Source: Pseudomonadota bacterium
GTDB lineage: Bacteria; Campylobacterota; Campylobacteria; Campylobacterales; Sulfurimonadaceae
Reading direction: 5' to 3'
NCBI GenBank assembly: GCA_043797085.1
Contig: JAZDQA010000012.1
Coordinates: forward strand, 126,883 to 190,882
Length of the DNA stretch: 64,000 nucleotides
Part shown: positions 32,187 to 42,741 of the stretch, piece by piece
Numbering within the stretch: the stretch's first letter is position 1
Layout: each line of letters opens with the position of its first letter
Translations under genes and position numbers: made by a program
The notes under the pieces: generated by a model
Databases searched by the model: none
What the model was told of the DNA's origin: nothing
The model's input: only the letters and a program-made list of their open reading frames with translations

Positions 32187-32971
32187 TAAATACTTCCTTC
32201 GTCCACATTGGATCGATCATTCACATAAGCAGAAAGAGCCTGATAATATTTTGTATTGTCCAATCCCTCTTTTTCTAAATCCGCCATTTGTGCTTTCAAT
32301 GATTTATCAATTTCTGTAAGCACGAAATCAAGATCATCACTGAGTGTAATAAAATCTATATCATCTTCGTCGATCATTCCCTCAGCCAAAACTTTTGTCC
32401 GTATAAATTCCATAAGCGGTGCATAAAATTCTGTCCCGATAACAAAAAGACGAACTCCCCATACTTTTCGTGTTTGAATTAACGTTAATGCTTCGAACAT
32501 CTCATCAAGCGTTCCAAAACCGCCGGGAAAAATGACGTATGCCATCGAGTATTTAACCAGCATCACTTTTCGTGAGAAAAAGTAGTCAAAGCTTCGCCCT
32601 TTCGTGATATATTGGTTTGGCTTCTGCTCTGAGGGAAGTTCGACGTTTAATCCTATGGATTCTACTGCTTCATGTTTAAATGCACCTCGATTGGCAGCTT
32701 CCATAACTCCTGGACCGCCGCCTGTGATGACATTATAACCTTTAGCTCCAAGCATATCGGAGAGTTGCATCGCTTGTTGATAATACGGATGATTTTCATT
32801 CACGCGTGCACTTCCAAAAATGGTTACGGATGGACCTAAATCTCCTAATTCATCAAACCCTTGAACGAAATCGGAAATAATTTTAAAAATGCTCCACGAC
32901 CCAGCAGACTTAATATCTTTGACATAGCGGCTGCTGGGATACTCTTTTTTTTTCCTTCGACCATTGGACAT
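32186..32971 (-). CDS. LOG-family Rossmann-fold protein (TIGR00730-like)
   Basis: TGGGPGVMEAANRG, PGGFGTLDE. Confidence 0.9.
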   Translation of the reverse strand: MSNGRRKKKEYPSSRYVKDIKSAGSWSIFKIISDFVQGFDELGDLGPSVTIFGSARVNENHPYYQQAMQLSDMLGAKGYNVITGGGPGVMEAANRGAFKHEAVESIGLNVELPSEQKPNQYITKGRSFDYFFSRKVMLVKYSMAYVIFPGGFGTLDEMFEALTLIQTRKVWGVRLFVIGTEFYAPLMEFIRTKVLAEGMIDEDDIDFITLSDDLDFVLTEIDKSLKAQMADLEKEGLDNTKYYQALSAYVNDRSNVDEGSI

Positions 32972-32974
32972 TTG

Positions 32975-33844
32975 TTACCCTTTTAGCTTCGTCAAACGAT
33001 CGCGCTTTGTCCCAATTGAGGTAATTTGTACTCCAAAGTTACCATCAACAATAACGACTTCACCTTGAGCGATTACATGGTCATCGACTAAAATATCGAG
33101 TGGATCATTTGCCAATTGATTGAGTTCAATAACAGACCCAATGTCCATACTCAAAACATCTTTAAGCAACATTTTTTTCTTACCGATACGAACACGGACA
33201 GGAAGCTTAACATCCATAATGAGACCGATATTTTTCATCTCGCCCTCATCAAGCTTGCGCCCTTTGTTTTGTCCTTCATGATTACCAAAAACAGAGTCTC
33301 TATCGCTTTTATCCTCATTCGCAATGCTGTTTGATCCCTCTAAAGCATTTACAATCGAGGAATCCACTGCAAACATCACTAAAGAATTGATACTGCCCAA
33401 AACAAAAGAAAAAACATACATCTTTGCATACGGATCAAGATTAATTTCTTCACTCTCACCAATAAAAATTGCACTTTCTGTCTTAATCGAAAATTTTGGA
33501 AGTTCTTTTTGTGAGCCCAATGTCGTGCTCATGGCTCCCGTAATATTTGAAATAATCTCCTTGAGTGCATCGAGATCATCGTCATTCATATCCTCTTTGC
33601 CCTCACCCTCACCGCCAAGCATCATATCGCCAAGCGCAGTAGCCAGCATTGGCGGAAGCATAATGACAGCACGTCCAGATGCTGCTCCGCTAAAGCTCAA
33701 CTGTACTGAGGCAATCGGAGGAATAACATTGCTTACGATCGAAATGGTTTCAGCATCTTTAAACGTAACCGTAGGAGCTTGACCTGTTAATCCTTCAATC
33801 GTTGCTGTTGTTTCGGTAGAAAATAACCCGGTAAAATTACTCAT
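32975..33844 (-). CDS. fliY: Flagellar motor switch protein FliY
   Basis: CheC-like N-terminus (EIISN) plus FliN/SpoA C-terminus (GEVVIVDGNFGVQI). Confidence 0.93.
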   Translation of the reverse strand: MSNFTGLFSTETTATIEGLTGQAPTVTFKDAETISIVSNVIPPIASVQLSFSGAASGRAVIMLPPMLATALGDMMLGGEGEGKEDMNDDDLDALKEIISNITGAMSTTLGSQKELPKFSIKTESAIFIGESEEINLDPYAKMYVFSFVLGSINSLVMFAVDSSIVNALEGSNSIANEDKSDRDSVFGNHEGQNKGRKLDEGEMKNIGLIMDVKLPVRVRIGKKKMLLKDVLSMDIGSVIELNQLANDPLDILVDDHVIAQGEVVIVDGNFGVQITSIGTKRDRLTKLKG

Positions 33845-34935
33845 CTTTCATCCTCATCAAACTCATCGGGAGTTCTTATTATCTCTTTTGCACCAATAAT
33901 ACGCTCTTTACGTTTGGTTTCAAACTCTTTAAGTGCACGCTTAACTGCATCTTTTTCTGTATCGATCACTTCGGTAATTTGAACCGATTTTCGAAAACGC
34001 CGCAATCCCATTTGTGCTACAAAACGCTCTTTTCCATCAACACTGACACTCACTACATCATTTGCAGGAAGGTTAAGACGTAAAATATCACCCTCTTCAA
34101 TGTCTAGCAGTTCATGCAGGCTTAACTCTGCATATCCGAGATTTACGTCCACATTGACATGGGCACCGCCAAGTAGGACTTGAAGTTCTTGATTACGGCT
34201 TTTTTTCGAACTTGTCTCATTGAGCATCAAATCGCGACTGGCAAGCTTGGGCAATATTGGCTCCAGAGCAATAACCGGATAGCATATATTCATCATCCCC
34301 GAACTGTGCCCGATAATAATCTCCATAACGACCATGACAACAATCTCATTTTGTGCGACGATTTGAACCACATTCGGACTCGATTCTTTGGACTCGATTT
34401 GCGGATAAAGCTCCGTTACGGGACCCCACGCTTCCCGTAAAGTTGCCATCATGACGCGCAAAATGGTTTCAAACAGCGAAAGCTCAATATCGGAAAACTC
34501 TCGATTTGCTTCAAAAGGCTCGCCCTTGCCCCCTAAAATACGATCCAACATCGGAAAAGCGATGGACGGATTAATCTCTAAAACACCGTTACCTTCGAGC
34601 GGCTTCATCGAAAAGACATTAAAGCTCGTCGGATTAGGCAGTGACATCAAGAACTCCCCGTACGTCATCTGATCGACGGAGTGAAGCTGTATCTCAACAA
34701 TGGAGCGCATAATAGACGATATTTGAGATGAGATAGAACGCGCCATCTTATCATGTATCCCTCTAAATGCCCGTAATTGCTCTTTGGAAACACGATTTGG
34801 ACGCTTAAAATCATAGAGTGTTATTTGGCGATTAGCAAATAAATTTTCCTCTTCACCATCCAGTGATACCTCACCTTCATCATCCACAACGTCCAACAGA
34901 GCATCTATTTCTTCTTGGGATAAAATATCAGCCAT
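33841..34935 (-). CDS. fliM: Flagellar motor switch protein FliM
   Basis: MADILSQEEIDALL, YDFKRP. Confidence 0.97.
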   Translation of the reverse strand: MADILSQEEIDALLDVVDDEGEVSLDGEEENLFANRQITLYDFKRPNRVSKEQLRAFRGIHDKMARSISSQISSIMRSIVEIQLHSVDQMTYGEFLMSLPNPTSFNVFSMKPLEGNGVLEINPSIAFPMLDRILGGKGEPFEANREFSDIELSLFETILRVMMATLREAWGPVTELYPQIESKESSPNVVQIVAQNEIVVMVVMEIIIGHSSGMMNICYPVIALEPILPKLASRDLMLNETSSKKSRNQELQVLLGGAHVNVDVNLGYAELSLHELLDIEEGDILRLNLPANDVVSVSVDGKERFVAQMGLRRFRKSVQITEVIDTEKDAVKRALKEFETKRKERIIGAKEIIRTPDEFDEDER

Positions 34936-34938
34936 CTT

Positions 34939-35628
34939 TTACCCCCTTACCGTTTCTTTAATACGTCGAATGACCGATTTGTGAATCTGCGAAATACGTG
35001 ATTCTGTGATATTGATAATCTCGCTAATCTCTTTCAACGTTAATTCCTCGAAATAATAGAGCTGAATAATCATTTGCTCGCGTTCATCAAAGCCCATTAG
35101 AACATCTCTTATGACATCTACTAACTCTTCGTGCTCCATGCGTTCAAGCGTTCCGCCTTCGCACTCATTGCCTAACTGATCATCCAGTGGTAAAACGGTA
35201 TAAATATCCGAAGCGATACGAGCTTCATGAACTTTTTCTTCATCAATTCCCAATATTACGGCTAACTCTTTATTGGTCGGTTCACTGTCGTGCTGAAGCA
35301 AGTGATGTTCAATCACAACATCGATTTCTTTGATAAGACGTCTACTGGCACGACTCACAACATCCAGTGAACGAAGATAATCCAACATCGCTCCATACAC
35401 TCTCGTTTTAGCATATCCCCAAAAGGAATCATTTTGTGCTTCATCGTAACGCCGTGCAAGTTTTACGAGTTCTTCCGTACCAATAGCAGACAAATCCATG
35501 TAATCAATGGAACTGGGTAACCGTTCTTTTAGCCTAAACGACATTGCCTTGACTGCAGGAAGATATTGCAATGCAAGTTGATCTTCTTTATGCTTCAGCT
35601 CTTGACAATATACACCTGCACCACTCAT
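34939..35628 (-). CDS. fliA: RNA polymerase sigma-28 factor
   Basis: GAMLDYLR, ELTLKEI...TESRISQIH; flagellar context. Confidence 0.95.
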   Translation of the reverse strand: MSGAGVYCQELKHKEDQLALQYLPAVKAMSFRLKERLPSSIDYMDLSAIGTEELVKLARRYDEAQNDSFWGYAKTRVYGAMLDYLRSLDVVSRASRRLIKEIDVVIEHHLLQHDSEPTNKELAVILGIDEEKVHEARIASDIYTVLPLDDQLGNECEGGTLERMEHEELVDVIRDVLMGFDEREQMIIQLYYFEELTLKEISEIINITESRISQIHKSVIRRIKETVRG

Positions 35629-35948
35629 TGACTCACCTTCTCATCTTCGCTGAGCAATTCAGATTTATGGACGTAATAGGCATCAATAAACTGCTCACGA
35701 CGATTAATTTCACGAACATAATTGTCCAAACTTTTCTCATGCGAATGCTTAGGAAACGGATGAACTTTAACACCCAATGTTTGAAAATAAAACCCGACAC
35801 ACACATGGGCGAACAGATAAAAAAATGTGGTAATTAAAAGCACCAATCCCAAAAAATTTTCAGCAGAGGTCGATTGTACTATCCCAAACACAACACCCAA
35901 GAGGAACCCTTGAACTGTTAAAAAAGAGACAAAGTTCGAACCGCGCAT
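35625..35948 (-). CDS. Small membrane protein between flhG and fliA
   Basis: Two TM helices; overlaps the fliA start. Confidence 0.75.
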   Translation of the reverse strand: MRGSNFVSFLTVQGFLLGVVFGIVQSTSAENFLGLVLLITTFFYLFAHVCVGFYFQTLGVKVHPFPKHSHEKSLDNYVREINRREQFIDAYYVHKSELLSEDEKVSQ

Positions 35949-35967
35949 TATGTGCCTTGTAGGAATA

Positions 35968-36840
35968 TCAAAAGTGTTCCATTAGGCGCTTAAAGAAGCC
36001 GCCGAGTCCACTCTCCTGTGGACTAACGAGCACATTTCGTTCCAATTTTTTTGCAATTTTTTTCACAATCATTTCCAACTCAACCGCAGGAGTCGAAGTC
36101 GGAAATTCACGACTGTACAATGCCCTTTTTTTAACACTCATAGAAACTTTTGGATCCGAGGTGATTTGTCCTAAAAAATTCAGTCGTAATTGCTCCCCGA
36201 TGTTTGCAAGGGCAACTTTTTGAATTTTTTCAAACAAGGCTGACGCCTCTTTTTCACTGCGAACTTGATTCATGATAACGCTAATATCATTGCGAAGACG
36301 TGAAGTGACTTTTATGGTCGCATAGGCATCTGTAATAGCCGCAGGATCAGGAACAGTTACCACAATTACATCATCGCATGCACGTAAAAAAAGTTGGATA
36401 TGCTCGCCGATACCTGCTCCCGTATCGATAATCATCACATCCAAATCATCCAACACATGCGCTTCATCCATAAAGCGTTCAAACAATCCCGATGAGGCAT
36501 ACTTAAAGATCTCTTCACCACTTTCTCCTGGGATTAAAACAAGATTATTTTCAATCGGAACCAAGATCTCCTCAACTGTAGCTTCTCCGCGAAGTACATG
36601 TAAAATATTTTTTTTAATCTTGACGTTGAACATCACATCGAGATTGGCAAGCCCTATGTCTGCGTCAAAAATCCCTACCTTGAGCCCATTTTTTGCCATA
36701 ATATGCGCCATATTGGAGCTAATAGTACTTTTTCCCACGCCGCCTTTCCCGCTTGTGATTGCAATAAAACGGGTTTTTTTTGACGTGACATGTCCATTAT
36801 GCTTTACCAGTGCTTCGAGCTTTGTGGCTTGATGACTCAT
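35968..36840 (-). CDS. flhG: MinD-like ATPase FlhG
   Basis: SGKGGVGKS, DADIGLAN, DTGAG; follows flhF. Confidence 0.93.
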   Translation of the reverse strand: MSHQATKLEALVKHNGHVTSKKTRFIAITSGKGGVGKSTISSNMAHIMAKNGLKVGIFDADIGLANLDVMFNVKIKKNILHVLRGEATVEEILVPIENNLVLIPGESGEEIFKYASSGLFERFMDEAHVLDDLDVMIIDTGAGIGEHIQLFLRACDDVIVVTVPDPAAITDAYATIKVTSRLRNDISVIMNQVRSEKEASALFEKIQKVALANIGEQLRLNFLGQITSDPKVSMSVKKRALYSREFPTSTPAVELEMIVKKIAKKLERNVLVSPQESGLGGFFKRLMEHF

Positions 36841-38099
36841 AAGTTTTCACCCTTGCGAAATCCGTTTAACAAACAATCAATCAAAAAATCGCTGCTGGAA
36901 ACCACCAGATCTTCCGGAACCTCTTGTCCGATTGAAAAGTAACTAATGGGAACTTTCGTTTCATAAACGAGAGAAAAGATATTACCAAACCCTCGTGTTT
37001 CATCGAGCTTTGTAAACATCATCGTATCAATGCCCAAAGGGGCAAAATTCTCATACGTTGATTTTAAATCTTCATATTTGATCGAACTTGGCAAAACAAG
37101 AATCACATCGACGCTGTAATCGGTTGTGTTGGAGCGCAAGCACTCATAAATTTTTTCGATTTTACCCTTGTCATAAGGTGAGCTACCCATGGTATCGATC
37201 AAAATATAATCGCTGTATTGAAGCGAATTCAATGCAGTTGAAAATTCAGGAGGATCAACCACAGTCTCAATCCCCAGCTTCATCATCCGTGCGTATTGCA
37301 TCAACTGCTCAACGGCTCCGATACGGTAAGTGTCCAATACGACCAATCCTACTTTGTATTTTTTCTCTAAAAAGTAGGAGTATCTCGCGGCCAATTTTGC
37401 AATGGACGTTGTTTTTCCCACTCCCGTAGGACCTACAAGCATCACCACTTTTTTAGCGCCCATTTTAGGAGCACTCTCTAATCTAACGGGAATCATTTTA
37501 CGCAATAAAGTTTGAAAATAACGCTTGACGGTTTCAGAATTTTCACGCATTTTGGAGGGCATATGCTCCAATGTAAGCTGCATGATTTCATCTAAATGTT
37601 CTTGATTCATACCACTTTGTTGTGCAAGACGATAAATCTCAGCAAACTCAGGAGGGATGGGAAGGCTATTTTTAGGTGATTTTTCATTCCAAAACATATT
37701 TTGAATCAGCTTGACCTTATCACCGAGTTTTTCTATCTCATCTTTAATTTTTTTGAGATCTTCACTTTGCACAACAGGAGTAAGCTTGGAGGGACGATCT
37801 ACTTCCGTTACTTCTGCAATTTTAGAGATTTGCTTTGCAGCTTCGGATATATTGTACAAAACATCATTGCTTTTTTGGGCTAAAGGCCGCTGCTTGGTCA
37901 AAGGCTCTGGTTGACGTTGAGAACTGCGCGGCATGGCATTCTCTTCAACCCCTACCACGATTTCATACAGAGCTGTTTTTCCAAGTGATTTTTTTTGAAT
38001 CTCACGTGTTTCGATTAGCATTGCATCTTCGCCGACTTCAAGCTGTGCTTTTTTCAATGCCTCCGCTGGAGTGGAACCGCTAAACGTTAAGATTTTCAT
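36837..38099 (-). CDS. flhF: Flagellar biosynthesis SRP-GTPase FlhF
   Basis: GPTGVGKTT, DTYRIGA, TKLDET, GQEVPED. Confidence 0.96.
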   Translation of the reverse strand: MKILTFSGSTPAEALKKAQLEVGEDAMLIETREIQKKSLGKTALYEIVVGVEENAMPRSSQRQPEPLTKQRPLAQKSNDVLYNISEAAKQISKIAEVTEVDRPSKLTPVVQSEDLKKIKDEIEKLGDKVKLIQNMFWNEKSPKNSLPIPPEFAEIYRLAQQSGMNQEHLDEIMQLTLEHMPSKMRENSETVKRYFQTLLRKMIPVRLESAPKMGAKKVVMLVGPTGVGKTTSIAKLAARYSYFLEKKYKVGLVVLDTYRIGAVEQLMQYARMMKLGIETVVDPPEFSTALNSLQYSDYILIDTMGSSPYDKGKIEKIYECLRSNTTDYSVDVILVLPSSIKYEDLKSTYENFAPLGIDTMMFTKLDETRGFGNIFSLVYETKVPISYFSIGQEVPEDLVVSSSDFLIDCLLNGFRKGENL

Positions 38100-38604
38100 A
38101 TTGTCTCCGTATCGTGTTTCGAGCCATGCTTCGCAATGGTATCACCACGCTGGATCGCTCTTTCCAATGGGGGTGAGGAACACTAAGCTCTGGATAATTC
38201 AAAGTCTTATCACCGTAAAATATCACATCTAAATCAAGTGTTCTTGGAGCATTCGTAAAACTACGAACCCGCCCAAAACGCTTTTCAATTCTCCACAGCA
38301 ATCGTAAAAAAACTCGAGGAGAAAGTGATGTTGAAATCTCAATCACTGTGTTATAAAAATCATCTTGTTGAGTATATCCAAACGGAGGATTTTTTAAAAT
38401 TACTCCGCTTTGAATGCGTTTAAGTTGAGACAGTTTTCCCAAATAAATCCACAAATGTTCCATACGCCGTCTGACATCGCCAACATTTCCACCCACTCCC
38501 AAAATAACGGAAAATCGGTGTTTATTTTCGACTCGCACCTTGGAAGGGAAAGTTCGACTTACATAAATCGAATGTTTCTTATCCACTATTCGCGTTAAAA
38601 ACAT
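38080..38604 (-). CDS. folK: 2-amino-4-hydroxy-6-hydroxymethyldihydropteridine diphosphokinase
   Basis: GGNVG, IEKRFGR, PRTLDLD, VPHP. Confidence 0.93.
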   Translation of the reverse strand: MFLTRIVDKKHSIYVSRTFPSKVRVENKHRFSVILGVGGNVGDVRRRMEHLWIYLGKLSQLKRIQSGVILKNPPFGYTQQDDFYNTVIEISTSLSPRVFLRLLWRIEKRFGRVRSFTNAPRTLDLDVIFYGDKTLNYPELSVPHPHWKERSSVVIPLRSMARNTIRRQYENLNV

Positions 38605-38606
38605 AT

Positions 38607-39083
38607 TTATTCTTGAGTTGCTTCTTGTTGAGCACGTTGCATTGCTTGAATTTCACTCAAAATCTGCATCATACCTACCATTGCCAAATGATAACCAAAC
38701 GGTCCAAAACCGATAATGGATGACGTACATGCAGGCGCGGTCATACTTTTTTGACGAAACTCTTCGCGACGATAGATGTTGCTGATATGAACTTCAATGG
38801 TTGGGATATTAACCGCACTGATCGCATCACGAATCGCAATCGAAGTATGCGTGTAGGCAGCAGGATTAATGATGATCCCATCTGCATCTCCATAACACTC
38901 TTGAATTTTATCAACAATTTCGCCTTCCAAATTGCTTTGATAAAAATCAATTTCGATTCCGTTTTGCCCTGCAAAATCTTTCATTTGCGCATGAATTTGT
39001 TCTAAACGCATCGGACCGTACACTTGAGTGTCACGCACACCTAACATATTGAGATTTGGACCTTGAATTACCGCTATCTTCAT
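38607..39083 (-). CDS. aroQ: Type II 3-dehydroquinate dehydratase
   Basis: [23 protein letters not shown]. Confidence 0.97.
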   Translation of the reverse strand: MKIAVIQGPNLNMLGVRDTQVYGPMRLEQIHAQMKDFAGQNGIEIDFYQSNLEGEIVDKIQECYGDADGIIINPAAYTHTSIAIRDAISAVNIPTIEVHISNIYRREEFRQKSMTAPACTSSIIGFGPFGYHLAMVGMMQILSEIQAMQRAQQEATQE

Positions 39084-39149
39084 ACAAAAACCTTGAATTT
39101 TACTTTTAAGGCTAGATTATACGCGGTAGTAGATTATAAGGAACTTTTA

Positions 39150-40433
39150 TTAGAGTATTTCAACTCGGTTTCTACCATTTTTCTTTGCTTTGTACAAAGC
39201 CGTATCTGCGCGGTTTAAAAGCGTTGCATGCGTATCGCCTGCAACAAACAAGCTCACTCCGAATGATAATTTAACGTCTACAAATAACCTAAGCTTCTCG
39301 ACAGTCATTCTTAGTTTTTCTGCTACATAAATGGCTTTGTTTGCATTCACATGAGATAATAAAAAGATAAATTCTTCTCCTCCCCATCGAGCGATTACAT
39401 CTCCGTTTTGTAGGGTTTGAGAGAGTACCTTGGCTATTTCCACTAATACCTCATCCCCTCTTGGATGCCCATAAATATCATTGACTTGTTTAAAATGATC
39501 AATATCCGCCATAACAATGGCAAATGAATCATCTGTTTTCCAATGTTCTCGCATCAACATAATGTTAAAGATCTCATCAAATTTATACCGATTATAAAGC
39601 TTGGTGAGAGAATCCGTTGTCGCCAAAAGCTCCAGTCGTTTTTTATCGGTTATATCATGATAAATAGCCGTGTAACTGTTCAACACTCCCGAATCCTCAA
39701 GCCATGGCGTGACCACGGCATCCACCCACAATGCTTGTCCGTTTTTTGAAACAATTTCTATTTCACCACTCCAACGCTGTGCCTTTTGAAGGGTATTTTT
39801 CATCTGTATATATTCTGAAACCGATATTTTATCCGAACAAATCACCTGTAACGGCCAATCCATAAGCTCATTTTCCGCAAATCCAAAAAAGGAATTAAAA
39901 GCTTTTGAAACTTCTATAATATGAAACTCCCCGTCTGTTTTTACAATCAATAAATTATCATCGATAATTTGCTTATCGTGTTGAAGCTCACTATTAAGAT
40001 GCGCTATTTTCTCCATCTGCTTTTGCAAAGTCAGCTTCAATTCATGAAGATCACTAATGTCATACACCGCAATCATCACCATCCCTTGATCGATAATATA
40101 GGGGGAAATCGTGACTTGCAGCTGCATTGTACTTAAAAGAGAGCTGCTGATTTTGTTTCGAGGGATGGGGATAAATCGATTATTCAATGAGGCATCGTAA
40201 AAAGTAGGAGAATTGAGTCTCAGGGTTGTTCGAATTTTTCGCTGAAGCGTCCGATAATCGATCTTTGGATAAAACGTTAAGAGTGATTTTCCCACTATAT
40301 TGCTATAAGCATGACCGGTATTGATTTCCAGCCATTGATTCCAGTACATAATGTTAAACTCTTCGTCAACGATCATGATCCCATGTTCTAGCGCATCAAG
40401 TAAAATATTGGGGTAATCAACCGGTTTTTTCAT
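39150..40433 (-). CDS. PAS-PAS-GGDEF diguanylate cyclase
   Basis: Two PAS-like segments, TDSLTKLYNR, DIDHFKQVND, RWGGEEF, ADTALY.AK..GRN. Confidence 0.93.
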   Translation of the reverse strand: MKKPVDYPNILLDALEHGIMIVDEEFNIMYWNQWLEINTGHAYSNIVGKSLLTFYPKIDYRTLQRKIRTTLRLNSPTFYDASLNNRFIPIPRNKISSSLLSTMQLQVTISPYIIDQGMVMIAVYDISDLHELKLTLQKQMEKIAHLNSELQHDKQIIDDNLLIVKTDGEFHIIEVSKAFNSFFGFAENELMDWPLQVICSDKISVSEYIQMKNTLQKAQRWSGEIEIVSKNGQALWVDAVVTPWLEDSGVLNSYTAIYHDITDKKRLELLATTDSLTKLYNRYKFDEIFNIMLMREHWKTDDSFAIVMADIDHFKQVNDIYGHPRGDEVLVEIAKVLSQTLQNGDVIARWGGEEFIFLLSHVNANKAIYVAEKLRMTVEKLRLFVDVKLSFGVSLFVAGDTHATLLNRADTALYKAKKNGRNRVEIL

Positions 40434-41050
40434 GCATACAATTCTTCAAGTTTTTGGTCAATAAGGTCTTTGAGACTTTGGATCATGGCATCCTTAGCCA
40501 GAATAAAAATGTGCCCGTTGATGTTTTGATTTTGAAATTCCATTTGCGTACTGATAATAATAATCTGTGAATATTCAACCGTCTCTTCCAAATAAATCAA
40601 ATCATTCCCTGCGATAATCTCCGTTGAAGGGAGAAAAAACTGAACCTTTACATTCAACTCTTCCGTCAACCTGCTTATCATGGTAGCACTTAAAATATTG
40701 GTCAGTTCAATCACTGCATCGTAAATATCCGCATCATTTGGAGCCTCAACATCATAAAGATGATTTCCCAAATTAATCGCCACTTCGTCCGTAATAACAA
40801 AAATAAACTCTCCCCCAAACGGACCCCCGAAAAGCTGTTTAGTCACATAGTGACTGCTTTCGTTTGGGATAGTTTCATGCATGTACTGCTTCAATCCCTT
40901 AATATCGCTGATGGCGATTTTAGGGATATGCATTGTTCCAAACGCTCGTAACAAATCAGCGATACTCGCCGTGGCATTTCCCACAGCAATGTTCATAAGC
41001 TCTCGAAGGACATCCAAATGATCCCCGCTAAATTCAACTTTTTTCAGCAC
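40430..41050 (-). CDS. CheC-like phosphatase
   Basis: Two ExxN motifs (ELMN, ELTN). Confidence 0.8.
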   Translation of the reverse strand: MLKKVEFSGDHLDVLRELMNIAVGNATASIADLLRAFGTMHIPKIAISDIKGLKQYMHETIPNESSHYVTKQLFGGPFGGEFIFVITDEVAINLGNHLYDVEAPNDADIYDAVIELTNILSATMISRLTEELNVKVQFFLPSTEIIAGNDLIYLEETVEYSQIIIISTQMEFQNQNINGHIFILAKDAMIQSLKDLIDQKLEELYA

Positions 41051-41063
41051 TTATGTCCTTTAT

Positions 41064-41423
41064 TCAGAATACAAGCTGTTCTAAAACAGTTTGCATTTTT
41101 TCACTGCTGATAGGCTTTGGAATCACCGTCTTTGCACCCAACGCTATAACCTGCGCCTGTGCCTGACTTTGAATATCCGCTGTTACTACAACTACTTGAG
41201 CTTTTGAATTCATTGCAATGATTTTTTCCAATGCTTCATACCCGTCCATCACAGGCATCGTCAAATCCAAAAAAACGATTGAAGGAGAATTTTCTTTATA
41301 TTGTTCGACCGCGATTAAACCATTTTCAGCCTCAATAATCTCACAATGAGGTTCAAGTCCCTTAATAATTTTAATAAGGGACAATCGCGCCAATTTTGAA
41401 TCATCTGCGACTAATATCTTCAC
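41064..41423 (-). CDS. Single-domain response regulator (CheY-like)
   Basis: ADDS, FLDLTMP, VTAD, KP. Confidence 0.92.
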   Translation of the reverse strand: MKILVADDSKLARLSLIKIIKGLEPHCEIIEAENGLIAVEQYKENSPSIVFLDLTMPVMDGYEALEKIIAMNSKAQVVVVTADIQSQAQAQVIALGAKTVIPKPISSEKMQTVLEQLVF

Positions 41424-41523
41424 TCTTGGCTCCTGAAAACTATGCGTTAATTGTTTAGATTATAGCAAATTATGATTAAAAAGGTTCTGCTATACTGTTA
41501 TTAAAATTTTCAAAGGTTCTCTT

Positions 41524-42738
41524 TTGCAGATACTTCTCGCCGACACTATTTTTACCCCTGATAGCATTTACCGTGATCACGGAATCGTTTTTGACAAAAC
41601 CATTATTGCAGTAGCCCCTAACAACCACCTTAGAGAACAATACGGTACGCAATGCCAAGAACTGGGCGAGGGTTCAGTGATTATGAGCGGTCTTATCAAT
41701 GCGCACGTTCATCTCGAATTCAGTGCCAACCGTTCAACGCTTACGTATGGTGAATTTATGCCATGGCTTTCCAGTGTTATCGCAAATCGTGATGAACTGA
41801 TTAACAGCTGTGATAGTGAATGTATGGAACATGCTACACAAATGATGCTGGACAATGGCATCACTGCGTTTGGGGCGGTGAGTTCGTATGGTTTTGATTT
41901 AGATGCTTGCGCTAAAACACCTCAAAAAGTCGTTTATTTCAATGAACTCATAGGCTCTGATCCCCTCATGGCGGATGCTTTATACGGCGATTTTCAAGAG
42001 CGCTTGTTTGCCTCACAAACCGTAAAAAGAGAAGGATTTTATCCCTCAATCGCCATCCATTCCCCCTACTCCGTTCATCGCATACTCATCCAAAAAGCGC
42101 TCAAATACGCGCAAGAAAAAGCTCTTCGCGTCACAGCACATTTACTGGAAAGTTCCGCAGAACGAGAGTGGCTTGACAACAACAATGGAGACTTTCAACC
42201 TTTTTTCCAAAACTTTCTCAAACAACATAAAGCCGCCAATACCGTAGAAGAGTTTTTACAGCTTTTCAAAGAAGTACCGACTCTGTTTACCCATGTCATT
42301 CACGCCAAAGAAAATGAGCGCATCGCGATAAAAGAAGGAAATCACACCATCATCCACTGCCCTATTTCCAACCGACTTCTCGGTAATGGAGCACTCGATT
42401 TGAAAGAATTGGATTCCAAAAATATTCGTTGGGTCTGCGGAACCGATGGTCTAAGCTCCAACTACACTCTGAATTTATTGGAAGAGATGAAAGCTGCCCT
42501 ATTTATGCATCATAATCTCAGTTTATTGGAACTCGCCACCGCTCTTTGGAAAAGCGTCACGGTCGATGCAGCGGATGCATTAGGATTAAACTGTGGTACA
42601 ATCGCACCTTCTTATGATGCGGATTTACTCGTTGCTCGAGTGAATTATGAAATCAACGATCAACTGCCGATTCATCTGCTGCTGCAACCGCTGCAAATCG
42701 AATCGGTTTATATTGTCGGACAAAAAGTAAAAGGATAA
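41524..42738 (+). CDS. Metal-dependent amidohydrolase (aminofutalosine deaminase-like family)
   Basis: NAHVHLE, HSPYS, HLLES, HCPISN, GTDG; upstream of sppA. Confidence 0.85.
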   Translation: MQILLADTIFTPDSIYRDHGIVFDKTIIAVAPNNHLREQYGTQCQELGEGSVIMSGLINAHVHLEFSANRSTLTYGEFMPWLSSVIANRDELINSCDSECMEHATQMMLDNGITAFGAVSSYGFDLDACAKTPQKVVYFNELIGSDPLMADALYGDFQERLFASQTVKREGFYPSIAIHSPYSVHRILIQKALKYAQEKALRVTAHLLESSAEREWLDNNNGDFQPFFQNFLKQHKAANTVEEFLQLFKEVPTLFTHVIHAKENERIAIKEGNHTIIHCPISNRLLGNGALDLKELDSKNIRWVCGTDGLSSNYTLNLLEEMKAALFMHHNLSLLELATALWKSVTVDAADALGLNCGTIAPSYDADLLVARVNYEINDQLPIHLLLQPLQIESVYIVGQKVKG

Positions 42739-42741
42739 TCA

